DNA of 64,000 bases. Source: Eutreptiella sp. 'Long Island Sound 2002'. Its lineage: Eukaryota; Protista; Euglenida. Below, one piece after another: positions 10,772 to 24,100 of this stretch (positions within the stretch are counted from its first letter, which is position 1; the number at the start of each line of letters is the position of its first letter). The notes beneath the pieces are model-generated. The model saw only the letters and a program-made list of their open reading frames with translations, was not told the DNA's origin and searched no databases. Location: NCBI GenBank assembly GCA_964036045.1, contig OZ038378.1, positions 93,930,001-93,994,000 of the forward strand, given 5' to 3'. A program made the translations under genes and the position numbers.

Positions 10772-13358
10772 GGGAACAAGAAGGCCGCTGCGAAAACAGT
10801 CACTCTACCACATGCCGTCCAGAAGACAGTGGTGTTATCCCACAAGGTCCTGTGGGTGGATGTCAACCGCGAGCATGGGCCAATCCGGAAGGTCAGCGAG
10901 ACCAGACTAAAGCTGCCGTGGAGGATTTGGCAAGGGTACCTCCCGTGGGGATCATCAAGGGATTACTGGTCTGGCCTGACAATTGTATGTTACTGCATTG
11001 CTATTACACGTCTGTCGTTTGTGTACTGGCGTGGTGACCAATTTTTGTCTGTTATTGCCTCAGTGGGTAGCTTCTGGATCATTGGTGGTTAGCATGTTTT
11101 TTGTGCGGCGAGGAGACTGGCCAGTGAACGCGAGAAAAAGAATCTGGACCCTTTGAGATGGCCACTGGAGTTTGAGTGTATGGTTCTGAAGTGGGATACC
11201 CCCTTGCGCCAGAGGAGACGCCTAGCCGGCCACCAGCAAACAGCACAGCTATCAGGCACAGGAGCATGCATGAGTGAGAGGGCAGTGCTGCTGATTGAGA
11301 ACTTGGAGGAGCCTGAGAATGCTAATCTCAGTCTCACTGACGTGTGCCGCCAAATGTTGGAGGATGCTGGACTGACAGCTGATGAAGGAGGAAGCCCGGT
11401 GTGTGACTGTTGCTCTGATGCGCATTCCTGTCTTGAGCCTGAAAAAATTTGATGGTATGCCCTGTAGGATTCTCTGGCACGACGCTGGTTACCCTTGGCT
11501 AGAATGATGGACACAGCTGGCTACACAGCAATTGATGGAATACGCAATTTCGAGAACAGGAGCATCCCCTTGTCACTTGGATCATTCAAACCGTTGGAGG
11601 GGCTTATTGGACCATACCTTGCACAGTGTGCCAGATACATGGAGACTCCACGAGCTACTGTTGCACGCTTGGCTAAAGTGGCACGTGAATGTCAACGGGA
11701 AATGCGATGGGGCTAGATTGTTACGCATCCTGACTGTCTAGAGGAATTGGTTCACCCATCCCGCAGTATGTTGTGCAGGCATCCCGAATAGGACTATGAA
11801 ATCATCGAATTCAGCTGATAGTGGCGAAATTTCGCGTCTCAGGTGGAAACACGGTCTGGACACCCAGCTTTTCCCTACAACAGGAAATACATCCGACATT
11901 GCTACCCTACAGCGTCATATCAATGGGATTGGTGCATTGAAGTTCCGCTGTGCAGACTGGGTGTACACTCATGACATGCCTATGCCTCCCTGGGACTCTG
12001 TGTGCAAGGCCGAATTCTGGACATCCTCAAAATATGTAGACTTCAGGAGCCACCTCGCCAGACCTCGGAATTCCTTTGACCTTGCCAGCTCCGAAGGGAA
12101 TGTGGTTCACTTGCCAACAGTATTTGGTTCTGGTGCAGATGCTACTGGCGGTGAGTCCCCCTTTCAGCTTTGTCTTCTGAATCTTACTACCATTTTGAAT
12201 GCTACTGTCGTTGGGTTTCCGTTCATACTGGCTATCATTGAGGTTCCAAAGGGCTAGTCCATGGGTCTACCACCTCTTGTTGTGCGACATGTTTCAATGG
12301 GGAAACCACTGGTGGTTGCTGGTGAATTGGCGGATGTTCGAATCATCATAAGCCAGCTGCAGACTGACCTGGCTGAGGAGGGAGTGAATCAGGTGAGTGT
12401 CATGGTGTACAACACTGGCAGCCGCAGTCCCAATTTCACTATGATGCAATCAGTGATGACAATTGTCACGTTGACTCCAATTCCAAGGAAGGTACATTTC
12501 CCCCTGTGAATTGGTACCCCAAATCAGCCAAATTCGAAAAATGAAGCGAAATTTCGCCACTCCCGCCATTTTGCCCAATTTGCACCATCTGTTTAGCTGC
12601 CGATGTACGTTACGTTCAGTGAAGGCCCATTACCTAGTACCCTGTGTGCTGTGGCTGTTCAATGGGTGCTGCAGGTTCTGAAAGTCCCGATGAATCTTAC
12701 AAAACTGGGTGCTGGTGGGGTCTTCCTCTCCAAATTAGGCCGTTCAGCTTCGGTTGTATTTGGTTTCCTCAGAGTTGCGGATGATGAACTACCTAAAGAA
12801 ACTATTCAGCTCACAACTGGTACTTTAAGAGAGGCTGACTCTGTGGCGCCAATCTACGAGGAGTTTGTGTTGCCACAACTGGACAAGGGTGTGCCTATCG
12901 ACAGGACTGGAATGGCTTATGTACCTCATGACCTTGATGAGTAGGACCGCATGGATAGTAGGACGGACTTGGATGACAAGCCCAAGGGAAACCCAAAGCC
13001 GAAGGCATCTAAGCCAAGGCCCAAGAAGGGGGGAGCCAGCAATCCTTCCTATGTCGATGCAGGTGGCAGTGCCGAGCCCCAAGCAACGCCTACAAAAAGG
13101 GCTCGATCACCCTCTGTTGAGGCTCCAACGGCGCAAGATGATGAGCAGCAGACAGAGCAGACACAGCAGCAGAGTCAGCAATTGGTCACGCCGAACAAAG
13201 GCAATACACATCCACTGTTTGAGCCGAAAGGACAGTCACCGTCACCAGAGGGATTGGAGAACTTTGCGAATTTGGTGAGTGGTGGGACTGCACCAGGAGC
13301 CCAGCCACAACAGCAAGCTCAAAAAGGAACGTGTTTGGGGTACAAGCGACGATGGTGA
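10772..13358 (+). pseudogene. Element A cargo: ParB-like domain plus degenerate amino-MTase-like domain, spliced
   Basis: Segments EHGPIRKV, VEDLARVPP..LLVWPD, FWIIGG*HVFCAA, LKWDTPLRQRRRLAGHQQTAQ, LAIIEVPKG, FSEGP and LSKLGR align with the gene at 21189-24876. Putative introns end near 11843 and lie at about 12492-12597. Confidence 0.7.
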
Positions 13359-14050
13359 TTTGGTGTTGACTGCTATGATGAGACGATGGTGACTGCAGAA
13401 GGGCACCATCCTCTGAGCAGTCATCTTGAATTTTAATTCGTGTCCGACTTTATATGATTTGTTATTCTGACACGCCCTTTGTGGGTGTTGGCACATGGAA
13501 TTGCCTTTTGTAGGCAACATTTGGTAGTTTCTGTGATGCATGTTTGTGTATTGATTGCTTTTAAAGAGTTCCTTATGGTTCGAATCGTATTTCTGTGATA
13601 TTTTGTATCAATCTTGTACCGTGGCAAGCAGGCAATGCACTGACAGTATTTCATACCTCAACATACTGTATTTTGTATTTTACCAAATGTGGCGAAATTT
13701 CGCGTCTCATTGAGATTTCCTTAAAATGGGGGTGTTTTTCACCATACATCAGTGTACTGTTTCACAGTGTGTCATCTGTACACCACAGAACTCCTTCTGT
13801 GGACAATGCAATTTGTCCTTGAATGCTATTTCTTTGAATTTGCCTACCTGTTTTGCATGATTTGCAGTGTCCTCAATTGCAGGTAAAATGGTCCAATTGG
13901 ACGATATGAGGCATGATTTCAGCAAAAAATTTCATACGTTGTGCGCTGTGTGCAATTAGGGGGTAGTAATTCACCATTTTTTTCACCCCATGAATGGCCT
14001 TCATTTCGCAGACCCCCCCCACCCCCCCCGGGCAATTAAGGCCTCCTAAG
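10772..14050 (+). mobile_element. Element A right portion ending in TIR ...GGCCTCCTAAG
   Basis: The terminus is identical to that of element B (GGCCTCCTAAG at 26814-26824) and is followed by the TSD TTATC. Confidence 0.8.
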
Positions 14051-14649
14051 TTATCAATTTCTTCCCTAAAAAAAAACATTGTTTCGCGCCTCGTATGTCT
14101 CAAGTACAAGACTTCCCGGGTCATGGGCGACTCCCTAATTGGTATACAGCACCCCTCACGCACATTTCTTTGCATATCCCGCTGTTGTAGGCCTGCAGGA
14201 GAGTTTCCACAATGAGTCTACTGCTAGAAGTAGAACAGGTCACGGTGTCCATCAAGGCTCGCAACGTGGTGTTGCGCTCTACTGTTGCCCCATGGATTCT
14301 TACGTTGTGCAGCTTTATCCATTCATGTCATCACCCGATTGTTCCCTGTCTCCATTTTGCGTTGCACCACTTTGGTGTCATACCCCGGTGCGCTCAAGGA
14401 CACAGGCCTTGTCGATGTATGGTTCCCGTCTAATTGTACACATACTTGTCCTCTTGTGTTCTTATCAGCATACACCGAAGAATGTTGTCATGGGTACTTG
14501 TATGCCGTCCTCTGCATTAGCATCCTGTTTGGGAAATGTTGGGAAATACATCAATATCCACCCTGTTGGGGTATCGTCTACTGCTGGCAGTAGAATACAC
14601 GGCGATGGGCTGTGTCCTATCAATATGGCATATTACGGGTACATCTGTG

Positions 14650-15605
14650 AAACTCTGCCAACATGCGACACATACTGTATGCTGTTGTATCAGGTCTGGG
14701 CCCCCTAGCCACAAGGTCAGACTTGTTCTAATGCCGACAGCAGAAGTTCGCCTGACACTGTGGATTTGTGCGAGACACCCATGTCCTTCACCCCGCCTCT
14801 GGTGCCATTAACTTAGACATGTGGCGTAGTCTCCTTAACATGGAGACCCCCTATCAATCCGCCAAGGATCTATGTGGGGATGCTGTCGATGGCGGTCTTG
14901 GTGGATTTTTGCGTGCAGCTGCGCATCAACCCCAAGCCCCGCCGGCAGAACACTGTGAACAACTTCAAGGAGGAGTGGGGCGACCGAGGGCGGAAGCGGT
15001 GGCTACGGAGGTTGATGCCAACCATCTTCATGCTATAGTGTACGCTGCTTAAGCTTAGTCATCTGGATACTACCCGTGCAAGCCTGCCTCAACACACGTC
15101 AAGGGCTATCAAACGGGGTCGTGTTCAGCTTGCCGCTTGCAATTTGCTGTCAGGCCGTCAAGCGCCTATGGCGACATGGGTAGATATTAGGGAACAGGAG
15201 GTTCTACGGATGTTGCAACACAGGGGGGGGGGGGGGGGGGTGGCACTTGTTGCCAGGCTAGAGTAGTTCAGCAAAGCCCGGAACCCCAAAAACCCGGCCA
15301 GTGGGCGCGACACATCATGGTCAACAGTGGCAATGGCATTTCTACCTGCTGGTAGTTTTAGGGGACATTTTGTGGGGCACCCCACGCCTAACTTCCTATA
15401 TAGTGATGTTGCTCAGCATGTTATGCACCTACAAGATGCATGGGTGTCCTTTACGGCCTGGACAAAGCACCTTGTGCGTCAACACATGGGTTTCGAGGGG
15501 GTACGGTGCCCATTGGACCTTTGTCGCAAGGACGTTGAGGTTAGTCCGTGGTGCCGCTTAGCTATTAGGGATTTGCCTATCTCCGCAACCTTTGGGTTTC
15601 ACTAG
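14650..15605 (+). pseudogene. Element C transposase, 5' part (interrupted by element B)
   Basis: VALVARLE*FSK..STVAMAFLP..FVGHP parallels VVWVDN..TAIAVLHT..FLGHP of element B. It joins in frame across the ACTAG TSD to the ORF at 26833. Confidence 0.6.
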
Positions 15606-16608
15606 CTCATGAGGCCCATAGTGCCCCCTATCGTTTTAGCGAAAAAAGGGGTGATGGGTGGTGTTTTGCGTATGGTAAAATGGGGGTTCAAATTTACATT
15701 TTTTCATCAGGCTGGGCTCTGCAGAGCCCAGACCAGCCGTGTAAGCCATTTCTGGCCCCAATATTACACATCATAGACCTCTGGGCTCTTCAAAGCCCAG
15801 GTTACAAGTTATACCCTCTGTACCTACCCACGGTACAACACTTGGCACCTGTATACGGTGGTCAAGTGGCCACGCTACATGGCGCTGAGTTAAGTGGTAG
15901 ACTCTCGTTGACATTGTAACACATTCAATCTAAGCATTGTCCCCGGACAGGTCAGCAATAACAGTATTCAAGGATACAACTCCTACATATATTACCAGTG
16001 AGCAATGATCCAAGACGCTTACCACACCAGGCGTCACATATTCTAGATGGAAATGCCTAAACAAGGCTTATATTAGGATTTTTCAACAACCTGCCCTCTG
16101 CAGAGCCCAGAGTTCATAAATTTGCTGCTTGAGGGGTGCTTATTAGGGTCTCCCTGTTTGCTGGGCTCTGCAGAGCCCAGATCTTCACAACTTCCCATTT
16201 TGCCCCCTTTTGTGTGACATAATAGCGCTATGACACTCCGAAACTTATTCAACATGTGGTCTGGTAGTATTTTTTTCTATGCCTTTCTGCCGCGTTGCTG
16301 TTGTATCGTGTATTACAATTGTGCACCCATGGCATTGTGTAAGTATGACGTTCGCCATTCAGGAATACGCTGCAACAAGCCTTGGACTGTTTGCACGCAG
16401 TGTAGTCCAACATGGTCCAATCGGGTAGTGTTTCTATTGTTGTGGTCTGTCCGATACTATGGGATTTTTAGGACACATTGTTTGCAATATACCCTAATCT
16501 ATTGCAGTTGGTTTTATTCATACTGTGCAGTGCTCATACATTTACTATCTGGTCATACGTCCCGTATATTAAGTACATGTAACATGCTATCTTCCTTTTA
16601 CAACAGCC

Positions 16609-17352
16609 ATGGCTGATTTCCCACATGCTAGACGTACGGAGGTGGATCTACCGGGTTCTGGCCAGGATACTGAACGAGATGAGGCTGTAGGACCTGTACC
16701 CTTACCGGTCTCATCAACCAGTGGAACAGCAGCGCGTGCTGCAGGTACGCTCGCCTTGCAAGAGGCGATTATGTTTACGGGGTCAGCACCCCCATCCCCA
16801 CCGCGGCCACCAAAGCTTGTCCCCAAGGACCAGCCAACCCCACCAAAGGCCTCCCTCAATGACCCATTGACTCCAAAGACAATGGAGTTGCTGAGGGACA
16901 ACAGTGGTGACCAGGCACGATGGTTCGTGCAGTACATTTGGGGGCTTCGTGCACGGTTCCGTTTTGCATTGCGGAACCCAATGCGCAACCCCCTCGTCAC
17001 ATGGCAACAAGGGGATCGGATATGCCAATCCCATTTTCCGTCACGCCGCGACCAGCGGGCTGCATTGATCCTGGATACACTGAATCCAGAATCACGTCCC
17101 CCTGTTGAGTTGTCTCCCCATCCCCGTATCCCACCTCCTCGGCCACTTCCTCCCCCGGATGCCGACCAACCCACACTTACACAGATTGATCGGCACCCCT
17201 CCGATCGCCAGCACGTAAGGTCCCTTCCATTACCTGTGGAAGCAGACCGCACCGGTGGGCAGTCAAAATACAGCCTGTTGCCACCAGTGACTGTACCACA
17301 TCGCGGCAACCCCCCCCGCCCAGAGTCACAGTTCAGTAACCTCAAGTGGTAG
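16609..17352 (+). CDS. Element B accessory ORF or upstream exon (247 aa, Pro-rich, RICQSHF motif)
   Basis: Uninterrupted ATG ORF. RICQSHF recalls the THAP C-x2-HF motif, and a similar WICARHP occurs at about 14760 in element C. Confidence 0.45.
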   Translation: MADFPHARRTEVDLPGSGQDTERDEAVGPVPLPVSSTSGTAARAAGTLALQEAIMFTGSAPPSPPRPPKLVPKDQPTPPKASLNDPLTPKTMELLRDNSGDQARWFVQYIWGLRARFRFALRNPMRNPLVTWQQGDRICQSHFPSRRDQRAALILDTLNPESRPPVELSPHPRIPPPRPLPPPDADQPTLTQIDRHPSDRQHVRSLPLPVEADRTGGQSKYSLLPPVTVPHRGNPPRPESQFSNLKW

Positions 17353-18036
17353 GCGGTCAGTTAGCGCCCCGCTGCCCCTGTCTAATAATGCACTACCCCC
17401 AAGGAGTTCCCTCCTGCATCCCCCCCCGCGCACTTCTCTGTTGCCCACTGCCGCTTATGCGGACAACCGACATACCCCCAGGTACTCACTTTTGCCACAT
17501 GCGCATGTAGGATTGTCGCCGGATGTGGCTCCATCTGTCCCCCCACAACCATCTACTATCCCGGTAAAGAAGGATGGTCGGTATCGGTCACGGTGGTCAT
17601 TACTACGTGATATGCCCCCGGCCAAATACCGGAAAACTCTGTGATGCATTAAGTGGTTGGTCTACTCCCCAAATGGGTGGTATGCACCCCCAACTATCAT
17701 TTTTTGGGACCCTGGGCTGTGCAGAGCCCAGCTTGCGCCAAATGCTACTTTTACCCTTCTCAATTCTTTGCTTGTGGCACGTCCCTCCCTCTTTTTCCTC
17801 TGTCTATTACACGGCCCGCCATTACTGATTACGGGACGCTGGGCTCTGCAGAGCCCAGCACTCATAAACTTGGTACTTGAGGGGTGCTTATTGGGGTTTC
17901 TCTGTTGGCTGGGCTCTGCAGAGCCCAGACCTTCACCACTTCCTGTTTTGCCCCCTCTTGTGTGCTAGTCTACGCCTCTAGTTACCTGTTCTGGTCACCA
18001 CCTTTTCCTGTTGTCCACCCAGATTGTCTTATCACT

Positions 18037-20166
18037 ATGGCACCGGTTTCTATGTCGTTGCATGTCAGCTACATGCGGTCTCTTTGTAAGACAGAATGGC
18101 GCACTGGTCGCCAAAAGATTTTGTCGGCTGTGCGCCATGGTGTGGCAAAGGAATCCATAAGATTCTGTGCGGGTCTACGTGTCAACAAGCGGACCCGCAT
18201 AACTATCGACCGCATTTGCAAGGTGTTGGCACGAAAACAATGGCCGCGTTGGCTAACTAATTTTTCCAAGGAGGCCTATTATGTATGGCTGGGGATGCGT
18301 CGCATGGCCTTGCCACAAGCGGCCGTCCCCAGTGGTGAGAGCACCATTGCTGTAATGCGGGCAGACAGCCGCAAGCTGGTGCACGCTGGTATCACCAAGC
18401 CATCCCGGTTGTCTATTGCAGACCAGGGGGCATTACAGTTCCGGAAACTGTGGCGTAGCATTGTTCGCCGTGATATTGTGGTGTGGGTGGACAACTAGTG
18501 GCATGCCCAGCTTCGGGCCAATCCGGTGAAACCCAATGTCTATCTAGATGTGACTGCCATAGCGGTGTTGCACACAACCCCCCTTCCTTATTTTCTTGGC
18601 CACCCGAGTGACCTAGTGGACCGGGTGGACACAGTGGCCGTGGCAGTTGTTCAACAGCACAGAGGAATGTTGAAGATGTGCACTGATATGTGCAATACAC
18701 CCATTTCTCGGAGAACCATCCGTGCCCCCCTCGATGTTGCCCGGGAGGCTGGTAGACAGCAACTCTTTTGGAAACCATTCGGCATATATGAGTCCCGTAC
18801 AGGTGAGAACCAAGACCTCTTGGATCTCCTTGATATGCTACGCACTACCCAACGGCATTGTCAAAAACCTATGGCATTGCTCGTTGATTGCAACGTCCAC
18901 TACCGGGTGCTCAAATTTTTGTACTCTAGAGCAACCATTGACTGGAATTTTCCGGATTGGTTGCGGGGTATCTCGTTGATTTACGGCGTCTGGCACCCCT
19001 ACAAACATGTTTGCAATATCATTTGGCGTAAATTCTTTCCTCTGTTTTCGTACATCACCGCTCCCGTGTTTGGGGCCGGTGCGCGCATATATAACCATCC
19101 CAAACTCATTGTAATAGAGAAAACCATCGCTGCCCTCCTTCTCTCAGCCCCGGACATACGGGCACAACTTTGGCAGAAAATTACCCTATTTGAGGGACGC
19201 GCCAACCAAGCAGCCCTAAACACACAGGATGGGTTGCGCATCCTTCGGGGCCTTGAATCCCTCCTGAATTATTACCTCCCAGGCATCTTTGTAGTAGGAC
19301 ACTTAGTGCACAATTGCACTTGGGCTGGGCGCGCCGACGGGACTGGTATAGTGGCCACGTGTGTACTTGAGCACTGCGTGGGTCTGCTTGTTGACCTAGC
19401 CGGTCCAGCTGCAGCAAAAATGGACTATGTCCGTACCATATGTTGTGCAGTTCTGTACAATACACAATGGCACGACGACACGCCTGGTGCTGCCCATGTG
19501 GAGGGATGTTGTGAGGCCCTGCTTGCAAAATTGCGGGCACGGTGCAAGCAACACCCCGACAAGCACACGGCGGATGAGGCTGTTGACCTATTCCGCACCA
19601 TGCCCCCCCGTCAGGAGGCACGTGCAACGGAGTCCCTCTCCGAAAGAGTGTGTGTTGAGGTGCGCGACAGGGTATGGGCACTCATGCGTGGTGCAGGACG
19701 GGGGGAGCATCCAACTGTGCGATGGTCCTCGGGTCCAGTTAGTGTGGTTGAGGCAGAAAGAGACACAACGTACGTGTTCCCCGAAAAGGGAACCGGGGGT
19801 ACCCTAACAGTTGTGTTCATGAAATCTATTCTAAAGCGCTTTCTGCTCACCCTAGTAGGTGGACAAGGGCTCCGCGATGATGCCATGGCTTACATACGTC
19901 AACATATCCCACTTAGGCCACATGTGAACCGCCGCGAGGCCCGGGCAGCTGTAGAAACAGTTGGGTTCATACCAATTGCAATGGAGCACATTATCCCCCT
20001 AGTGCCAAATGCAATGTCAATTGATCATGTGCGTGCCCCCCCTCAGGATGGCGTACCTGTGATCCGGGCGAGGGATGCTGTAGATGTTGATGCCCTGTCT
20101 GATGGCCCTGTACCTGTTGTGCTCAGTGAGGAGTTGCGTGAATTTGATTTGATAGATTCGGACTAA
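18037..20166 (+). pseudogene. Element B DDE transposase (Academ/DUF6589-like), one in-frame TAG
   Basis: ORFs 17884-18498 and 18526-20166 are in the same frame. Motifs are WVDN, LLVDCNVHY, LIYGVWHPYKH and HVEGCCE. Confidence 0.75.
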
Positions 20167-20610
20167 TCACGGGGGGGTGGCAATGCAGACCCCCCCCCCC
20201 CCCAAGACAGGCCAATCTGTTGTGTACAGGCCCCTTATTGCTGTACCCAAGAGTCTGGGCTCTGCAGAGCCCAGCTTCCTCCGCCACTGAGTTTTTAGGG
20301 GTTGTTATACTGGTTTTTGACACTCTAGGCTCTGCAGAGCCCAGCCGGTCCCCACTGTCTGATATGTACCCGTATCTCGTCATTTTCAGTCGCTTTCATG
20401 TTGCTTTCATAGGCTCAGACTGATCATCGAGGGGGGTGGCAATGCAACCCCCCCCCCCCCATACAGGCAAATTTGATTTTTACACCCCTGCTATCACTGT
20501 ACCCCTAGTCCTTGGGCTCTGCAGAGGCCAGCTTTGCCTGACACTGAGTTTTAAGGGGTAGTATTACTGGTTGTTGTTACTCTGGGCTCTGCAGAGCCCA
20601 GCCTGTCACC
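20166..20610. repeat. Direct repeat, ~258-bp unit x2, each with a palindrome pair
   Basis: GGGGGGTGGCAATGCA-polyC-...GGGCTCTGCAGAGCCC...GGCTCTGCAGAGCCC occurs twice. Confidence 0.85.
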
Positions 20611-21188
20611 ACTGCCTTATATTTACTTCCATCTGGTCATTTGCTGTTCCTTTCTCAGGGCTGGGCCAGTCCTGGACCATGCCATCTTCGTGCTTTGATC
20701 TGTGCACACATCTCCATTCTTTCGTATTGTAGTGTGCACCCGCTGCGTCAGCCTGTGTGACCCTCGAAGAGGTGTGCCTGGCACTGCTGTACTCACTGTT
20801 ACGATTATTGGAGTTAAATTGCCACAAGCAGGTTTGGCTGTGGTGTTGCAGGCCATTTGCACAGGCCCAATTTCCAGCTGGTTCATACCTGTGTCAACGA
20901 GGGACGTTTTAGTAGGCCTGTTTGACGTTGTGACCATCAATGTGCCCTGGACATTGTACTTGAGATGCCTCTGCAGTGATTTGCTGTTTTGAAGACAATT
21001 TTGGCTATTTCAACCCATGTGGGTCCCAATTCGAATGCTTTGATCCGACTAATTTGCTGTCCAAATCTGCCATTTGCCACCATTGATGCTTTGAACTGTG
21101 TGATTGTTGTGCGGCTTTTGGTGACTTGATTTGTTCTATAAAGTCCGTGTGTTTTTGGACCATGTGTGACATACCAAACGAAGTTGCC

Positions 21189-24100
21189 ATGGATGGCAAC
21201 ACCGCTGAGATACCAGCGATGGACACACTGTAAGCCGAGAAAGTGGACGCACTGCAATCAGAGCCCTCCATAGAGGATGATGTACAGGGCAGCACTGTTG
21301 CTGGGGCCAACCAGGCCAGTCAATCTCCCTCGCAAGTGGTGAACAAGGGTCGTGTCGCAAGGAAGATGGGCAGTATCAAGGACTCCTCAACCGTACTGGC
21401 CATTCAAAACTACGTGGAGGTGCGGAGAGCGAAGGTGCCGCGCAAGGAACTGAAGATTGACAGGTGCATGGAGTATGGCCAATCCAGGATCATTGATTGG
21501 GACCACGTGGCGGAGGTGAAGGAGGACCTACTGGCAAACCCCCCCGATGGCCGACTGCAGCTTCTGGTTTGGGACGACAAAGGTATGGGATTGTTGCGAC
21601 GCAACTCGATCAACGTAATTGGCTACATGGCCTGCCCTGTGTGACCTGCCATGCTGTTGTATTCAGTGGGAGCCCTGTGGGTGATTGGAGGCCAACACGG
21701 CGTTGCGGCGTGTGATGAAATTTGCAAGGATGTGACAGCAAGGATGGGCGAGGTCGAGGATTGGATGACTAACTTTGACGTGCGCATCATCAAGTTTGAT
21801 ACATCCGTCGAGATCAGGCGAAAGTTGGCCGGACAACACAATAGGGCGCAGCACAGTGGGCGTGAGAGCAGTGTACCCCAACTGTTGAACAATTTCCTAC
21901 AACTGGCGGCTGAGGACACACAATGCAAGAAGACATTTGTCACCTTGATGTGTGAGGCAATCGTGGAGGCGGGGCTGACTGCGAAATCCGGCAACACGGA
22001 GACAATTGTCAAGCAAATGAGGCCAGCTGCCCATATGGCCCTGACCCGTGGTGCCACTTTCACGGACGCACTCGGCAAGATGCTGGAACGCAAGCAGGTG
22101 ATTGCCCTTTACACAATGCGATGCTTTGCTGGAATGCAACCCGACAATTTGTGGCGCGTATGCAACTACATGGCCTCGCCGAAGAGTACAGTACCGGGCT
22201 TCCAGAAGCTGGCAAAGGAGCTCCGCGCTGGGGAATTGTGGTGGTATCACTTTGGTCATCCCGACATGCCAGTTGAGCGCATCCACCCGTCACGACGTAT
22301 GCTGTTGCTTTGTAAGCCCCTGCCTTTTGTTGTGATCGGGCCGCTGCGACAGGGAGCCTGGATGAAGTGTAATGACCGATTTCAGTGTGACAGTTTGGGT
22401 CTGCTGGGCTCTGCAGAGCCCAGGATCCGCTGGGTTGCCAGTTAGTTGACTGCATGCAAGCTTGCAAAGAGACGCTGGATGTGTTGGATTGTCCGAACTT
22501 CCGCAACTCTACTCATGATCACGGGTGCACTCTTGCCTAATGATGTCCAAGCCCCCCCCCCCCCCCGGGAGAACCCCTAATTCACCATTTTGGTCATGCT
22601 AGGCTCTGCAGAGCCCAGATGGAGGGAGTTGACCAATTTCACACGCCATATTACCATCTGGAGAGTTCTGGGCTCTGCAGAGCCCAGGATCCCCTGGGAT
22701 GCCAATTTACTGCATGTACAGAGACGCTTGATCTGTTGGATTGTCCGAACTCCCGCAACTTCAGTCTTGATGACCGGTGCACTGTTGCCTAATGATACCC
22801 AAGCCCCCCCCCCCCCCGACACCCCCCAATTCACCATTTTGGTCATGCTGGGCTGTGCAGAGCCCAGATGGAGGGAGCTGACCAATTTCAGACGCCATAT
22901 TACCATCTGGAGAGTTCTGGGCTCTGCAGAGCCCAGGATCCCCTGGGATGCCAGTGGACTGCATGTACAGAGACGCTGGATCTGTTTGATTGTCCGAACT
23001 TCCGCAACTTCACTCCCGATTACCGTTGCACTGTTGCCTAATGATGTCCAAGCCCCCCCCCCCCCCCGGGACACCCCCTAATTCACCATTTTCGTCATGC
23101 TAGGCTCTCCAGATCCCAGATGGAGGGAGTTGACCAAATTTCAGACGCCATATTACCATTTAGAGAGTTCTGGGCTCCGCAGAGCCCAGGATCCCCTGGG
23201 ATGCCAATTGACTGCATGTACAGAGACGCTGGACTTGTTGAAGCTTCCTTGACGCTGGACCTGTTGACCGCTGCGCCCTGGCCTATTGATGTCCCACGAA
23301 CCCCCCCCCCCCCCCGGGCCAGCCCTTAAATTGCTAATTTAGTCATGCTGGGCTCTGCAGAGCCCAGATGAACCACAGTGACCAATTTCAGCCTTCATGG
23401 TACCAATTTGACAGTGCTGGGCTCTGCAGAGCCCAGGATCCAACAAAATGCAAATTTACGCTTTGCCGGATCTCTGTGACTTCGTGGATCGCCCTCCTGC
23501 CCTCCTCTATGGCTCCTGTACACACAGGCACAAAGACTGAAGTGGCTCGCATCTCAAAGAAGTTTAGTCACCGTCTGGCGAATTTTGGTGCATGGCAAGG
23601 GAGCTGGGAGTACAGCGAGAGCACGCCCTGGCCACCGCTCCAGGCACTGTTGAAGGCAGGTCTGTGGGTCAGCGATCGAGGAGAAGTCGAAGCCCATCGC
23701 AGACTGCTTGTGAGACCAGTGTTGAACCCAGCTGTTGAGGTGTCTGGTGGCGAGGTGGCAAAGGTCAATGTTGGCAAGGGGTCACAATCTGGAGAAATTT
23801 GGGCGTACGATGGATCGGTGACCGCAGTCCCAAATGAGATCAAAATGCCGAAGTACAATCTCGTCATTGTTGAAGTCCCGCGGCCCGGAGGGTGGATCCC
23901 TGGTGCGCAGATCGTGTGTGTGCTGTCTCAAGGGGTACTTGGCACCTTTCATGGACACCATGGGGATTTGGTCGCTGTGGAACAACACTTGCGGTCGCAA
24001 TTGGAAGATTTGTACCCAACGGCTTTGCGCATGGCTGTGTTCCACCTGGGGCGCCGAGAGGAGCCATATTTGTTTGAGCAGTCAACCTTGTTGCTGGTGA

